Of a stretch of 64,000 nt of DNA, positions 13,690-26,096 are shown piece by piece (positions within the stretch are counted from its first letter, which is position 1; each line of letters opens with the position of its first letter). The stretch comes from Paecilomyces variotii (lineage: Eukaryota). Location: assembly GCA_004022145.1 (NCBI GenBank), contig RCNU01000008.1, one strand, 5' to 3'. The notes under the pieces are model-generated. The model had not been told where the DNA came from. It saw only the letters and a program-made list of their open reading frames with translations, and ran no database searches. A program made the translations under genes and the position numbers.

Positions 13690-14715
13690 ATGGCCCAATA
13701 CTACCCCCAACAACAGCCCTACGGGGCTCAGTCCGCGCAGAACCTCCAGTTCTTCCCTTCATCGTATTCCTCTGTGTCTGGACATACCACGCCCTCTCAA
13801 GCCTCATATGGCGGCTACAGCATGCCGGCTACGGGCCCCCAGGCCGCGTCGGCATACCCCGTCGGCGGCGGAGGCGCATACGGGGGCTTTGGATCTCCTG
13901 CTGCAGGCGTCAGTGGCAGGATGGGTGAGCAGGGAGGATTAAGGACAGGATGGCTTGCTGCGTTCGGGACGGAAGGGTACGACGGCGAGCCACCGCTGCT
14001 GGAGGAGTTGGGGGTAAATTTCGAGCATATCAGGACGAAGGTATGCACTGAGTTGCTGTTTTGTTCTGTGGCAATGACGCTGTCGAGAATAACAAAATGC
14101 TAATAATACATGGTGGAATAGACATTGACCGTCCTGAATCCCTTTGCTCACATCGACCAGCACCTCATGGACGACAGCGACCTGTACGGTGCGATCCTCT
14201 ATATCCTCCTCTACGGAACATTCCTTCTTCTCTCCGGAAAAGTGTTCTACGGCTACATCTACGGCGTCGCTGTATTCGGCGCATTCGCTCTCCATCTCAT
14301 CCTCAGTCTCATGTCCCCGACGCTCGACTCCGTCAACTCTCCCGTCCCCAACGCCGCAGACCCCGATACCTACAACCCACACCAGAAGCCCAACAACGTC
14401 GGCCACTTCTCGTCAACCCTAACCTTCCCCCGCTCCGCCAGCGTGTTGGGCTACTGCTTCCTCCCGCTCGTCCTGACCAGTCTGATCGGCATCTTGCTCC
14501 CCATGGACACCATGTTCGGCTACCTCCTCACCGTCGCCGCAGTCGGGTGGTGCACGTACAGCAGCTCAGGCATGTTCTGCGCCGTGGGCCGCATGCGCGG
14601 AATGAGAGGTCTAGTCGCCTATCCTCTTGCACTATTCTATTTCGTTTTTGGAATCATGGGTATCTTCTCCTCGAGGGGTAGCGGTACTCTAGCGGCCAAG
14701 ACAAGGACGGCGTGA
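13690..14715 (+). CDS. YIP1: Yip1-family Golgi/ER Rab-interacting membrane protein
   Basis: EPPLLEELGVNFEHIRTK|TLTVLNPF, DSDLYG, SVLGYCFLP. Intron 14041..14121. Confidence 0.93.
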
Positions 14716-15537
14716 GCTGAATTGGCATTGTTTCTTTTTTTTTTTGCCCCCTTTTCCGCTTATGCTTTTTTTTTTCTGGCTTGAAGCAGAATTATCAATC
14801 ATGAAATCTTAAAAGAACTTGAGAATTACTATTGAAAAAAAGAAAAAAATGAATAAATATCGTTAACGATGATGAAATCCCGGTAATGTTGTTGATGATG
14901 TTGCATCTCTATACAGAAGAAGAAAGATATCACGGGAGTTATGCTTCATTCAAGTTAGGAATACTTGTCTAAAATTACGTATTATCATTCTCATACCCAG
15001 AGAGCTTAAGAGACCCCTCTATTTGAGCAATAGTTAGTTAGTCACTAGTTAAGTATTCCAAGTTTTTTGTGTCCTGTATTAGGTTAGGTAGTTAAGAGGA
15101 AATCATGCAATTGCTTACTCTAAAATGCTGATTAGTTACTTCCTATTAAAGAATATGATAAAAGACCCCTTTAAGTCTGAGTAATAGGAAGAGTATTGAG
15201 ATCTGTTCTATTCTGTTCTATACCTCGATGAGAAAGAAGTCGGGAGAATAAGAAAATTATGTATAATCTAGTTAGTTAAGTAACTACCTCAATTAGTTAG
15301 TTATGCAGCGTCATGACTCGTCATCACTATTAAAAGACTAGACTAGACATCCTGATATAGTAATGGATGATCCTTGGAAATGTAATAATGGAATTAAATA
15401 TAATGCCATGAAATTCAAATTCAGCATTAGATGCGATGCGTAGACTGTTATGTAGTCATTGCGTTAGCCTTGTATTATATTAAATGCATGCATGCAATAT
15501 GTGATTCTCTTTTTTTTTTTGGGACGGGGGGCTTTTT

Positions 15538-17919
15538 TTAACTCGTTTTGACTTCCCCTTTTGACGGTGCCCAATTATTCAACCATTCTCGAGCTTTATC
15601 CAGATCTCCATTGACGGCTTCTAAGGCTGCGATGCACCATTCGATACCGTATGTTTTACCGCCGCCGCCGCCTAGAACTGCTCCTTCGGCGGCTATCATT
15701 TCAGCTAGGGTTCTTCTTTGCTGGCTGGCTTCGTCTGTGCAGAAGTAGAAGGGTGCTGTGTTGATACTGCCGGGTTGGACACTCACGGCGTCGATCAATG
15801 GTTTTACTGTGCGGAGTATCTCGGCCGTTGTCATGGGCGCTGCAGGGCCAGATGCAGGAGACATGTTTTGTCGTCCTGTTTTGCAGTATTGGTTCCGGCA
15901 CCAGGGTTTACCGCATCCTGTCATCATTTGGGAAAGATATCGACGCTCGATTCTTCTTCGGAGGGCTTTACCTTCGGGATCATAACTGTCGGCGTAGAGA
16001 GGGCCGAAGCAAATGCTACAGAGACCGAGGGTGTCGTTGGCCTTGTTGTTGGCGCTGCTACCGCGTCCGCCTTCCAATGTGCGGCCACAATTCCTGTTCA
16101 GGCATATGCGAGGAATGGGGCGAGATAATCGATTCAGGTCGTGGTGTCGGAGATGTGTCTTCATGTCCCTTAGACGGATGATCTTGTTGCACAGATGACA
16201 CTCTGTCGTGCGACCACCGTCGACAAGTTCATGTGGAGTAAGACCCGAAAGCAAGACTTCAGGGTCGGCCATGTCTGGATCTGAATCGCCTTGTTGCGGC
16301 ACGACCAGATGACAGAACTGACATAGGATCGGCTTTCCAGGACAGGTTGTCGTGCGGTGATGTGCCAACGTAGGAAGGCCTTGAGCTTCGAACGGACAGT
16401 TCGGGCAATAGTGCACCTTATGGACGACCATATCGTGCTTTGCCTTGCTTGAGGCATCATTTCCATAGGCATCATCATGCGGGCAGTGCCAATGATTCTC
16501 CCATTCCGGGGACCTTTTCTGGAACACATTCCCACACCGAGGACAATGAACATTGTTCCTCAAGCAGAAATTCTCGTGCAGAAACAGCGTCCGCTGAGGA
16601 ACGTATTGGTGGCAATTCTTGCACTGCACCTCGTCGGGACCGTGGGCAGGTGGCTCTTCGCGAGATTCCTCTTCAGCATGAGCAGAAGGCGGGCCCACGC
16701 GTAGGTTGTACTGCATCGGAGCTGCGGCCTCTTCCTGAGACGCATCCGGATCGAGAAAACCATGCACGGAGACATAGAGAGACTCTATATCTTCCAACTC
16801 CACATTCGTCGGCTCAAGTCGTATTCGCTTCGGCGATCTACTCGAGAAATCACCAAAGACATGCTCGTCGTCCCGCGGCCGTGATCTCTGCCTTGACGAA
16901 AAGGGACTGACGAAAAGATCAACATCTGCTTCATCTGCAATCTCCAGCTCAATCTCGATGGGCTGTGTCCGATCCCACTGACGAAGCTCGTAATCCACAT
17001 ATTCTCCCGGTAGAACCTGGCCAGCGACGGGCTCGCCGAAGGTGACAGGACCACCAGTTGAGCTACCTCCCTGCAGACCAGGGGCCCTCGAGGCGTTCTT
17101 CATGATCTTTTTCAGCGTCTCCCTAGCCTGCTCCTCATTCAGCGGCTCAATATCCACCTCGAGATCCGTATCCACGATACAGATCCCATTTCCTTCCGGT
17201 CGAACACCGTCAATGAGAAACTTGAACTCTTCCCTCCGGGGCCCAGAAACCGTCAAAAACTGTCCCGTCGTCAATGTCGTGAAGTTATCGCGCAGATACC
17301 GCTCCAATAACGCCTTCCAATCCTCGGGATTATACCCAGCTTCCAACGGCCGTAGACGCACATAGGTCCCCTTGGGCAATGTCTTCGCACGCACCGTCAC
17401 CCTCGGTAGTCCTGACTCCGTCAATAATGTCGAGGGAGATCCATCCTGATACCCCCCAGCCCCATTTGAAGCATGTCCCGCCGCAGCGCTGCCATTCATC
17501 GTGGGCGCAAAATCACCATCCTCCAGCCCCAGCGCATGTCGCAAAAAGGCACTAAGTCCAATTTCATTCTCCTCCGCTGAAAACTCGCGAATGCCAGCGT
17601 AGATTTTCCGACCATTCTGCTGATTCTCAATCTGAAACGTCAATGGCGTAGGTAGTTGTCTCTGTCGATCTGTGGCTTGTTCTCGAGCTCGCGCCTCCGC
17701 GGCAAACGTGTATGGATTAAACGGGTCGAATTCGCGCGTATATGTCCGCGACGCAGAATGCGATGTTGTTTCCGTAAGCGGCGCAGCTGCAAGAAGCTGC
17801 TCAAGGGCTGATTGAGGAAGAAGTATCTTATCGCCTGGGAGCTTGGGGGTGCGCACTGGCGGGGTGACGGTCAGTTGGGATGACCATTTTAGAGAATCGG
17901 GGTCGGTTGTTGCCGTCAT
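15538..17919 (-). CDS. UFD1-domain protein with C-terminal zinc fingers and AZUL-like and UBA-like modules (intronless, 793 aa)
   Basis: UFD1 motifs GDKILLPQSALEQL, GIREFSAEE, LPKGTYVRLRP, CIVDTDLEVDI, followed by CxxC..H..C fingers and GCGKPWCRNQYC. Confidence 0.85.
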   Translation of the reverse strand: MTATTDPDSLKWSSQLTVTPPVRTPKLPGDKILLPQSALEQLLAAAPLTETTSHSASRTYTREFDPFNPYTFAAEARAREQATDRQRQLPTPLTFQIENQQNGRKIYAGIREFSAEENEIGLSAFLRHALGLEDGDFAPTMNGSAAAGHASNGAGGYQDGSPSTLLTESGLPRVTVRAKTLPKGTYVRLRPLEAGYNPEDWKALLERYLRDNFTTLTTGQFLTVSGPRREEFKFLIDGVRPEGNGICIVDTDLEVDIEPLNEEQARETLKKIMKNASRAPGLQGGSSTGGPVTFGEPVAGQVLPGEYVDYELRQWDRTQPIEIELEIADEADVDLFVSPFSSRQRSRPRDDEHVFGDFSSRSPKRIRLEPTNVELEDIESLYVSVHGFLDPDASQEEAAAPMQYNLRVGPPSAHAEEESREEPPAHGPDEVQCKNCHQYVPQRTLFLHENFCLRNNVHCPRCGNVFQKRSPEWENHWHCPHDDAYGNDASSKAKHDMVVHKVHYCPNCPFEAQGLPTLAHHRTTTCPGKPILCQFCHLVVPQQGDSDPDMADPEVLLSGLTPHELVDGGRTTECHLCNKIIRLRDMKTHLRHHDLNRLSRPIPRICLNRNCGRTLEGGRGSSANNKANDTLGLCSICFGPLYADSYDPEGKALRRRIERRYLSQMMTGCGKPWCRNQYCKTGRQNMSPASGPAAPMTTAEILRTVKPLIDAVSVQPGSINTAPFYFCTDEASQQRRTLAEMIAAEGAVLGGGGGKTYGIEWCIAALEAVNGDLDKAREWLNNWAPSKGEVKTS

Positions 17920-18798
17920 TTTCTTTGGAGGGGTTCGTTTTTTTTACTGGTTGTGATATGTTGAAGTGTGAAAAGAAAGACAAGGCATTTTTTTTTTCTT
18001 TCTTTTCCCTTTTGCCTTTCTGAACTGAAAGATTAATGTTCCTTTCGAAGAGAGCCGTGTTTTCTGGAAGATACCGCGGATCAGGTAAGGCGTAGTTAGT
18101 AAATGAGTGATAACTTGGCGGGGTGGCGAGTCAGCGAAGCACGGCGGGGGAGCTGAACTTCTCATCAGGAGCAACACTCGCTCTGCTTTCACATATACCA
18201 TGTTTTTTTATATGGAAGCAACTAGCTAGTGATTGATTGATTGATGAACTCAGTCCAGTCTCTGTTTTTGTTTATGTCTTCGTCAAGGCAGTTCTCTTCT
18301 GTCTGACGTCATCTTCACCATAGCTAACTAGCTAACTATCATTCATTTCTCGTACAGGATAGCTACACAATAACTAATACACTATAGTTACTGGACATAT
18401 CCACATAAATCGGTGTTTCTGGACAGATTTGACTGAAGCAAACCAACCGAACAGCCTCACACGGCTCAGACAAGAACCGCAATTTTCATAGCTTTAAGCA
18501 GAATGCGTTCCAAAACATGAGCGGGGTGCCTCAATTCAATTTTGAAATGGAATGAAAGAACTAGGGAAATAATCGTCGCCAGGACTTCTTCAGATAGAAT
18601 CCCAGCGTGAAGCCAAAAAGGATTAAAAAGGTAAAACATCGCTCTCAGAGACGAGATAGTGTAAGTCGGGCCCAGCCGATTCTCAGGCGCGGCGATCAAC
18701 AGGGGTATATAAGTCATAATAGCTTTCAGCTTTCGTTAGAAGAGGCATGCACGTCCGCCACTCTTCTGTTCTGTAGGCATCGACAGGAGAGATCGACA

Positions 18799-20737
18799 TC
18801 AGTAGAGGTCTCCCCTCAGACGACGAGAGCTCGTGTTACACCAGTCACACTAGAAAGGGTCGAATAGTCAGCCAAAGTCCTCACGCTAAGACATGGACTG
18901 GTTGCTACGTACCATTCGTGCAGAGCATCCCTCGTTGTGCTCGACGCAGTAGTCTCCCCGACAGCCTTGGCAAGTTCGCTGGGAGTCAAGCTTGCAGCTG
19001 GCACACTGGATCAATGTCAGATATATCGTCGATGATGACGACAGGAGCCCGATTCTTACAGTAGGACCACATTCCCAGCAATCTCTGCTCACACCAGGAC
19101 CAAGACGCTAAAATTAAAAAACATCGTTAGCAATGCTACGAGCCCTAGACATGGTATCTATTGTTAAAGCCATCACTCACCCTGCGCTCTTGCTCCTCAG
19201 CTTCCGCAGTCTGGTTGGTACGAGACCCCCGGATCGCTGTTTGATGAGGCGACAGACTTCTGATGTTGACCCTTCCAGGTTGGGGAAGACAGGACGAGCA
19301 GAACCACTTGTTACAGCGATGACACCAGCGGTCGGTCAGACAGTCGACGCATCTGGCAAGCAGAAGCGGGCTGTCATGCCCAGGCATGACTGGACATCTG
19401 GCCGCTGAGATTTTGGAAGAATGCAGTGGCGGAGGACTGAGCAGAGGGAACTGCTCCTCCGGGGACTGGCCCCAGGTTGCAAAGCCTTCCGGGGCTTTAT
19501 GGCATCTGTCACAGCCACTGGGTCCAAGTGCTACAGTTGCGATAGCAGGTCCCAGCAGGCGACCCTCTGGCTGAGGCCCGCTCCCGCTGCTGGAGGTGTA
19601 GAGATCCACGTTATGTCGAGGTCCACGGCACAGCACCGCGTCAAAGGATATGATACCCTCGCATTTCTTCAGAGTTTGCGCCCAGCCATCTTCGATCGAA
19701 CCCCTCAGCAGCTTTCCAGAGGGCTTGTACCAGTCGTCAAGACTGGAGTCGCTGTCCGGAGCAGCAGCCCTAGTCTCCGCCGAAGGGGACGCAGAAGAAG
19801 CTATCTGAGAGCTCCACCAGTCTCGATATTTGGCCCGAGATGGAGAGCGCGGCGCATTCTTCGCAGTGAAATGGTAGATCCCCTTCACTTTCGGCATGCC
19901 CTTGGGGCGCGTTGGCCGGACCGCATGCTGGAGAGTCTGCATGAGCTTCCGCTCGTTGAGGTGCAGGCATTCTCTGATGGAGAGGATGGTGACATTGAAC
20001 CGATCGGTCAGCACAATATCGGCGACCAAGTCCGCCGGGACCGAAAGACCGTCTAGGATAAGGGTGCGGACATCCTGGAGGATGGACCGCCGTCCAAGAT
20101 TGGAAAAAATCCCCCGCAGCGGTCCCGAGTAGAACTCGTCTTCTGTTAGAGACTCGTCCATGCGCTCGTCAATGGGAGATATCCGCGGCAGCTGCGCGCC
20201 CCGGCATCGAGACAAATCGAGGTATCGGAATACGTACGGCGTCCCGAAGATGGCGGAATGCATGCGTCGCGAGGTCGCGGCCAGCGACAGCAGGGACGAG
20301 ACCGATAGATAAGGCGCCATGTGGTCGAGGATGAGGTTGTTCGACAAGACCTCCACCAATGTCGGGCGCGGTTCCGCCAGCATTGTGACCATCGGTTCGT
20401 CCTGATCAACGACGGTATCGTCATCGTCGGACGAGATCTCTCGCGCAGTTGTCACCAGGCCCAGATCCTTCGCCGTCATGGGCTGGGTGCCATAGACGAA
20501 GTGCGATGCGCGATCTACGAGGTTCTTGCGGTAGGCGGCCATGGCGCCGGCGGTCACCTCATCGCCCAGCATCATCACGGGTAAGGCATTGGGCTGGATC
20601 TCCTGCAGAGCGGTTCTGGCCTTGCCCAGCTCACTCTCGAGCAGGGTAATGGTGGATTGTAAAACCGCAGGCATAGCTCGGATGTTGTGAGGATCTATAG
20701 CCGTAACAAGGGTGGACCATAGCTCTCCGTCGGACAT
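18799..20737 (-). CDS. F-box-like protein with LRR-like middle region and Cys-rich C-terminus
   Basis: F-box-like LVEVLSNNLILDHMAPYLSVSSLLSLAATSRRMH; VRTLILDGL and ILSIRECLHL. Three 3' introns add short exons ending CDWCNTSSRRLRGDLY* (stop at 18799). Confidence 0.75.
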
Positions 20738-23700
20738 ACTTCAGCACGAGGGAGCGGCCGCAATATAACTTATCACCGCGGACGGGGAACTCTAAGCAAC
20801 TTAAGCGAAATGGCCTGTAAGTTAACGACAAGCGAGTCGTCTGACCAAGCTTCCGGGGGAAAGAAATCTCGACAGCTCAACCCACGCGATACGATACTCT
20901 GGCGATAGCAGCTGGTCGACGGCGATATCGCGATGGGGGGCCCGGCTTATCCGTGGCGGATCTGGACGCAATGGTGTGGGGGCAAAGAAGAGTCCGAGAA
21001 GAAATAAAAATAGTTTAGAAGCCCAGAGGCAAAGAACCGGTCAGGGACGGATTGCACCGAAAGGAGGAAAGTCTGGGGTAACAAAAGTAGCCGGCGAGAT
21101 TTAGTTCAGTTCGGATTGAAAGCTGATCGGAGGAAGAAATAATGTCGTGCGAGTGGAGCAGCGCCAAACAAGAACGTATCGTATCTATCTGAGTTTCTTT
21201 CTTTTTGTTGGGACGTCTGCGTAAGTGGTAATTAAGTAGTAGTTATTATGAATATGTAGTAACTGTCTCTCAGCCGTTGGAGACCCGTGGGATGAGTGAG
21301 TTCAATTGGCAGTATGTAGTAGAGTTGCAGTGTAGTGCTAGTATAGTATAATATATTCACCGTGCTGCTGCTGCTGCTGCTTGATGATTATTGTCACCAT
21401 CTCCCAGGGGATGATATTTCATATTTAATATCACTGCCCAGACAATCTGGTGGCACGCCAAGATCTGGAGCTGAGCACGATGAAGCGCAAGGAGGAACTG
21501 GCACTCTCTGGCCCAGGCAGGGATTGCAGTATACTGTTTTTCTAGACTGCTTGGCGTCCAGGTCGACGATGATTCCAAAAGCCACCGTTGACTCGTGGGG
21601 ATAGCGTGATGACATGGTGATATTAAACAATAATAATAATAATAATATTCTGGCAGCTGTCTCTGGCTGTTATTGCACCTCTGCTGATCCCCAGAAACAG
21701 ACAGATCCAGGATGGGCGTGGGGGAATAATGAACGGCGACTCTAAGCACGAGTAACATCACTCCAACAGAGCATCCGATCATCTCGAGTTTCTTTCTTCT
21801 CCAACTCCAAGGCTGTCTGCAACGACGATCATCGATCCTGATCGGCTTCGCTTCTCCACCGGCAAAAAATCTGCCTTGGTCACGCGCAACCGCCAGCGAC
21901 GCGTCAGTCTGTCAGATCTTCCTCAGATTCAATAATCGGCGGTTGTTTGCAACGCTATCTTCCTCACACCGCACGAGCTAGCTGAAAAATGTCACCGGTA
22001 AAGACAGGGTCAATATGCTAGTTAGTTAGTACTACTAGTATCTGAGTAACTAAGGATTCCCGCCTTCCGCTCCTCTCAACATGTATCTAAGTACAGAGTG
22101 GTGAGCAACTATCTAGAGTACGGAGTAGAATAACCCGGTCCGTCTCCCGCATCTCCCGTAGGTAGTCTCTCTCCCTCGGCCCCTTTTTTGCTCTCGAGAT
22201 TCTCTTTAACTATCTCTCTTCTATACTAACTATTCATTCATTCTTTCGTGACCAAGCTATCTACTCCGTACTATTGTACAGACCGTATAGTTACTACTCT
22301 GGAGCTCCCGTCTCACCAAACATACCCCAACCCCCTCCCCCTTATTCTATCCAACCATGACTATTCCAAAACCACAAGTCCTGTCGTGTCAGCCTCCCGC
22401 CGGTCGTATCTCCTGAGCCCAGACAGATCCTCAGAAAAGCAAGGCTGCCAAGGGTTACTCCCCCCAACTCTTGGCTCTCTTGGCAAGCTTCAAGTTTCTG
22501 GAGTTCTGTACTCCTGCACCGTCGATCTGGCGTTCAGGAATCCGTGCCAAGTAGCGCTATCAGAACCAGAGGAGGTCCAGAGCGAGGCGGCCAAGAGAAT
22601 ACTATACATAACTTATGCTTGCTTGGTTCGTTATCAATAATACAATAATACAATAATAAACGTTTTTACTATTATTGCTGCTCAGGAATTCCACATACCA
22701 TTTCAATATCTGCTCCGTATTTTCATTTCTATTGATTCTTTTTTGACCAATGGAGGAAATTAGTAAATGGCGGCTAGTCTTGCTATGCTATGCAGTGATG
22801 CACATACATAGCTATGCTTGGCATAGTTAGTTACTAGAGAGGTACGGAGTACAGTATGATAAAAATACCTACGGAATAGTTACTAATAAATACTAGTTAA
22901 GTTAACTATATCCCAATGATGCACTCTTATCAATGACAATAATGACATGTCATCTGTGCGACAGCACGAACTGCCCCGGAATTTTCGTATTAACCCTTTT
23001 CATTTTTCCACATTGAGCAAGTCCCTCAATACCTCCCGTATGGTATATACATACAATGAATAGGAGATAGGCGGTGTGGGTACGAGATCCTCAGACTCCG
23101 AAGAGTAGAGAGAGAGTATGGAAGTAGAAATCCGGTTCCTTCCATCACTCTACTTACTTAATTAATCAGGTCGATAACTAGTTACTTATGTTGAGGACGG
23201 AGTTTCTCGCTTTGCTTTAACCTGCTTCTGCAGCTTCTGCTTAGATGATTAGTTATTATGGCTTGCTCTCTTGAACTTCACCCCTTTTGCGCTTGGTTTT
23301 ACCGTCTCGGAACAGTAGACGAAATACATGAACATTCACCCCTGACGCGTGCTGTTGTTGGTGCTTCTTATTATTTGGTGAAAGTGTGTCGTTGGTAAAA
23401 AGATAGATACACTGTATGAGGTACTAATATGGAGTTTACTCTAACTACCTAACTATGTAGTTCCTACATACTGTCTGGCGCTAAAACCAGAGGAGGTGGG
23501 TTGACATAGTATGATTTAATGGCATTATTTAGTTATCGTCGTGTATTTATAACATCTTACTTTCTCATCGATCTCCTGAACTATAGCAGGATGGAGGACT
23601 TTTTTCATTTCTCAAATGTAGGCTTCATTAGCACATTATTAGGAGATAGTACATGTATATTTTATCTCTTCGATCTAACCAAACGTCTGATGTCTGTAAG

Positions 23701-24519
23701 AATACCGTTCGTAATGTCTCGTAGGGCGCCAACGCTCTCGACCTGTATATATATGTTATTCACATGATCAGCAGCAGAGAATGGGGATATGTATCTATAT
23801 CTATCTCTAGATATATAGATATTACATTGGGGGGGAGGACTTACGACTGGATAAATGACGCATATAACCATGCTCGTCCAAACCCAAATAAAAGACACAA
23901 CAACCCACCCGGTGAAGAATGACTTGTTGAAGATATACCTGGTTCCGAATAGGGTGAACGGGACCAGAATAACAGCCACGAGCAGAAAGATCGTGTTGGC
24001 AGCGATGGCGAGACGCTCTGCCTTACGTACTAAAACAGGGTCCATCGGATCTATATGCGGAGCGTCGTCAAGAACTGGCTCTTCGTCCCCGTCCCCGGCA
24101 GTACTAGACACTGGCTGGTCGTCCGTCCCAGGTACCGTGGCAGAGGCCTTCTCAGACGTCAATGGCCCGGCTTTATCATCCACGATGGCTGTCGGTTCGT
24201 CTTGACGTTGAGTTGCGTCTTCGACGTCGTGGCTGCACGTCTGGGATCTCCCTAGTGAGATGCCTTGGATCTTGTTCATGCGGCTGATATGCTTCGGGTC
24301 CGTAGAGACATATTTCTTCGGGAACGCATAGGTTAGGATAACTGCCATGATCGTTCCAACTCCCCAGGATGTGATGTTGCCTGCAACGGCATTGGTGGCA
24401 TCGCCTGTACTGGCCACAGTGATCTCCCCTGATCTTTTCCACGTCACGATGAACCACGCAATTACTCCACAGACAAGTCCTATCCACGGAGATACAATGG
24501 CCGCGACGGTCGACATGCG

Positions 24520-24581
24520 GCGCCACAGAAGGATCATGCCCACAGGGACAGCGCCACAGAAGGATCATGCCCACAGGGACA
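24520..24581. repeat. Exact 31-bp tandem duplication (GCGCCACAGAAGGATCATGCCCACAGGGACA x2)
   Basis: Copies at 24520-24550 and 24551-24581, read directly. Confidence 0.97.
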
Positions 24582-25031
24582 GCAGCACCACCGACGATTA
24601 CGCCCAACACTGTCAGTAACCAGGTCAAGCTTAATCCGACTTCGTTCAAGATGGTGCAGAAGACGGCGAGAACAACGGCATATATTACAATGCCCCAGTG
24701 GCTGATCCGAACCAGCTTTGTCGACGATGTCTGTGGACGGTAGTAGGTCTTGTATATATCGAAGGTCAAGAGTGAGGAGACGGCAATAAGCTCAGCGGAC
24801 GTGGAGCTTGTAACTGCCATGAAAAGAAGGATAAGTATCAGCACCGCGCCCCCCTTTCCCAGAAGAGCTACAGCCGTCGCAGGCGCAGATAAACCTGCAT
24901 TGACCTGTTCGGCTGAGAGAGGGTTTGGGTATGTTGGGAATTGTGCACTTCGTGTCAGAGCGGCACATCCCAGGCCCATTGCGCTGGCGAATCCAAAAGG
25001 AATGCCTGTTTCCTTGTCAGTTCAACCCCAG

Positions 25032-25060
<29 letters not shown>
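25032..25060. repeat. A29 homopolymer (poly-U in the first DUR3 intron)
   Basis: Read directly. Confidence 0.95.
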
Positions 25061-25062
<2 letters not shown>

Positions 25063-26096
25063 AGAAACAGGGAGTCTGTTCGTCTTACCGTACCAGGCGA
25101 TTCCGCCGAGAATATAAGCTTTCACTGATGACTCTGGTCTCGAAGCAATTGCGCGCTGCCAGTACGCCTGGTCTAGCCACACTGTACTGAACCCGGCCAC
25201 GAATATGTCGATAGCGAATACGAGACCCCCGACAGAACGAAACGCCAGATACGACCCACCGGTGTTTGTATCAATTGGCATATCCTTCGACGCTTCCACA
25301 AGCAAGTCGTAGAATTTGGCTGGGCTTCCAATGAGATCGCTCGTGGAGTAGACCAGAAAACCAAAGACCAAGATAACTATAAACAACAGGACTGTGTGAG
25401 TATAGTCGGCGATTAGTGTTGAGCGTAATCCGCCTGAAATAACATAGGCTGCAACCACGAATGGGATCAGAAAACATGCAGCGATCACGTTCATTCCGGT
25501 CAGGGCTGCAACGACTTGGGAGCCGCCTAGGACCAGACATGCACCAACTAGGAGATTAGTTGCAAGTCCATTGAAAAGATAGGTGATGTGAGCAATCTTT
25601 CCATGCCGGGCCAGGATGATCTCAGGGAACGTATGTGCACCCGGCGCATTGGCCTTGATCTTGAGGGCGATGAGAGCGAAGAGCAAGACTTGCAGCGTCC
25701 CCATGGCACCGTACCACATAGGGCCGCAGACTCCATAGGTATAGGCAAAGGTCGAACTCGTCAACAGCGTCGCGGACCATGTCCATGAAGAGACAATGCC
25801 AGCAGAGATCAAACCTGGCTTGACAGAGCGGGAAGCCGTGTTGAACTCTTCAGCTTGCGCAGTCGAAAATGATGTATAACGATTCTGAAGCCAGGTGAGT
25901 CCGAGCATAAACAACGCAAAGACCCCACCGATACCAATAACTATTCCATACCCGGCCCCCGGTGGTAGGACCTGAAGCTCGTGTCCTGCCATGGTCGAAG
26001 GAAGCCCCGCGACGAGCTAGGTGGAACTAAGAAGCCCAAATCCTGCAAGGATGTAAATTAAGTGTCATGCTGGGAAATGTAGTAGACGCATGGGCC

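Larger units (their letters stand above)
23662..25992 (-). pseudogene. DUR3: Urea/polyamine transporter (sodium:solute symporter family, DUR3-like), frameshifted by a 31-bp tandem duplication
   Basis: EEFNTASRSVKPGLISAGIVSSWTWSATLL, GGLRST, DQAYWQRAIA, FMAVTSSTSAELIAVSSLLTFDIYK. Introns 25088-25006 and 23844-23743. The frame shifts between ORFs 24176..24979 and 23662..24543 exactly at the duplication. An assembly error cannot be excluded. Confidence 0.8.

Noticed and set aside
14760-15530. AT/TpA-rich stretch as a possible RIP-degraded transposon
   Set aside because: No terminal repeats, target-site duplication or transposase remnant could be identified; treated as convergent 3' UTR/intergenic DNA.
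19421-20056. Long antisense ORFs (also 33881..34411, 55668..56219, 56570..57217)
   Set aside because: Shadows of GC3-rich real genes on the opposite strand.
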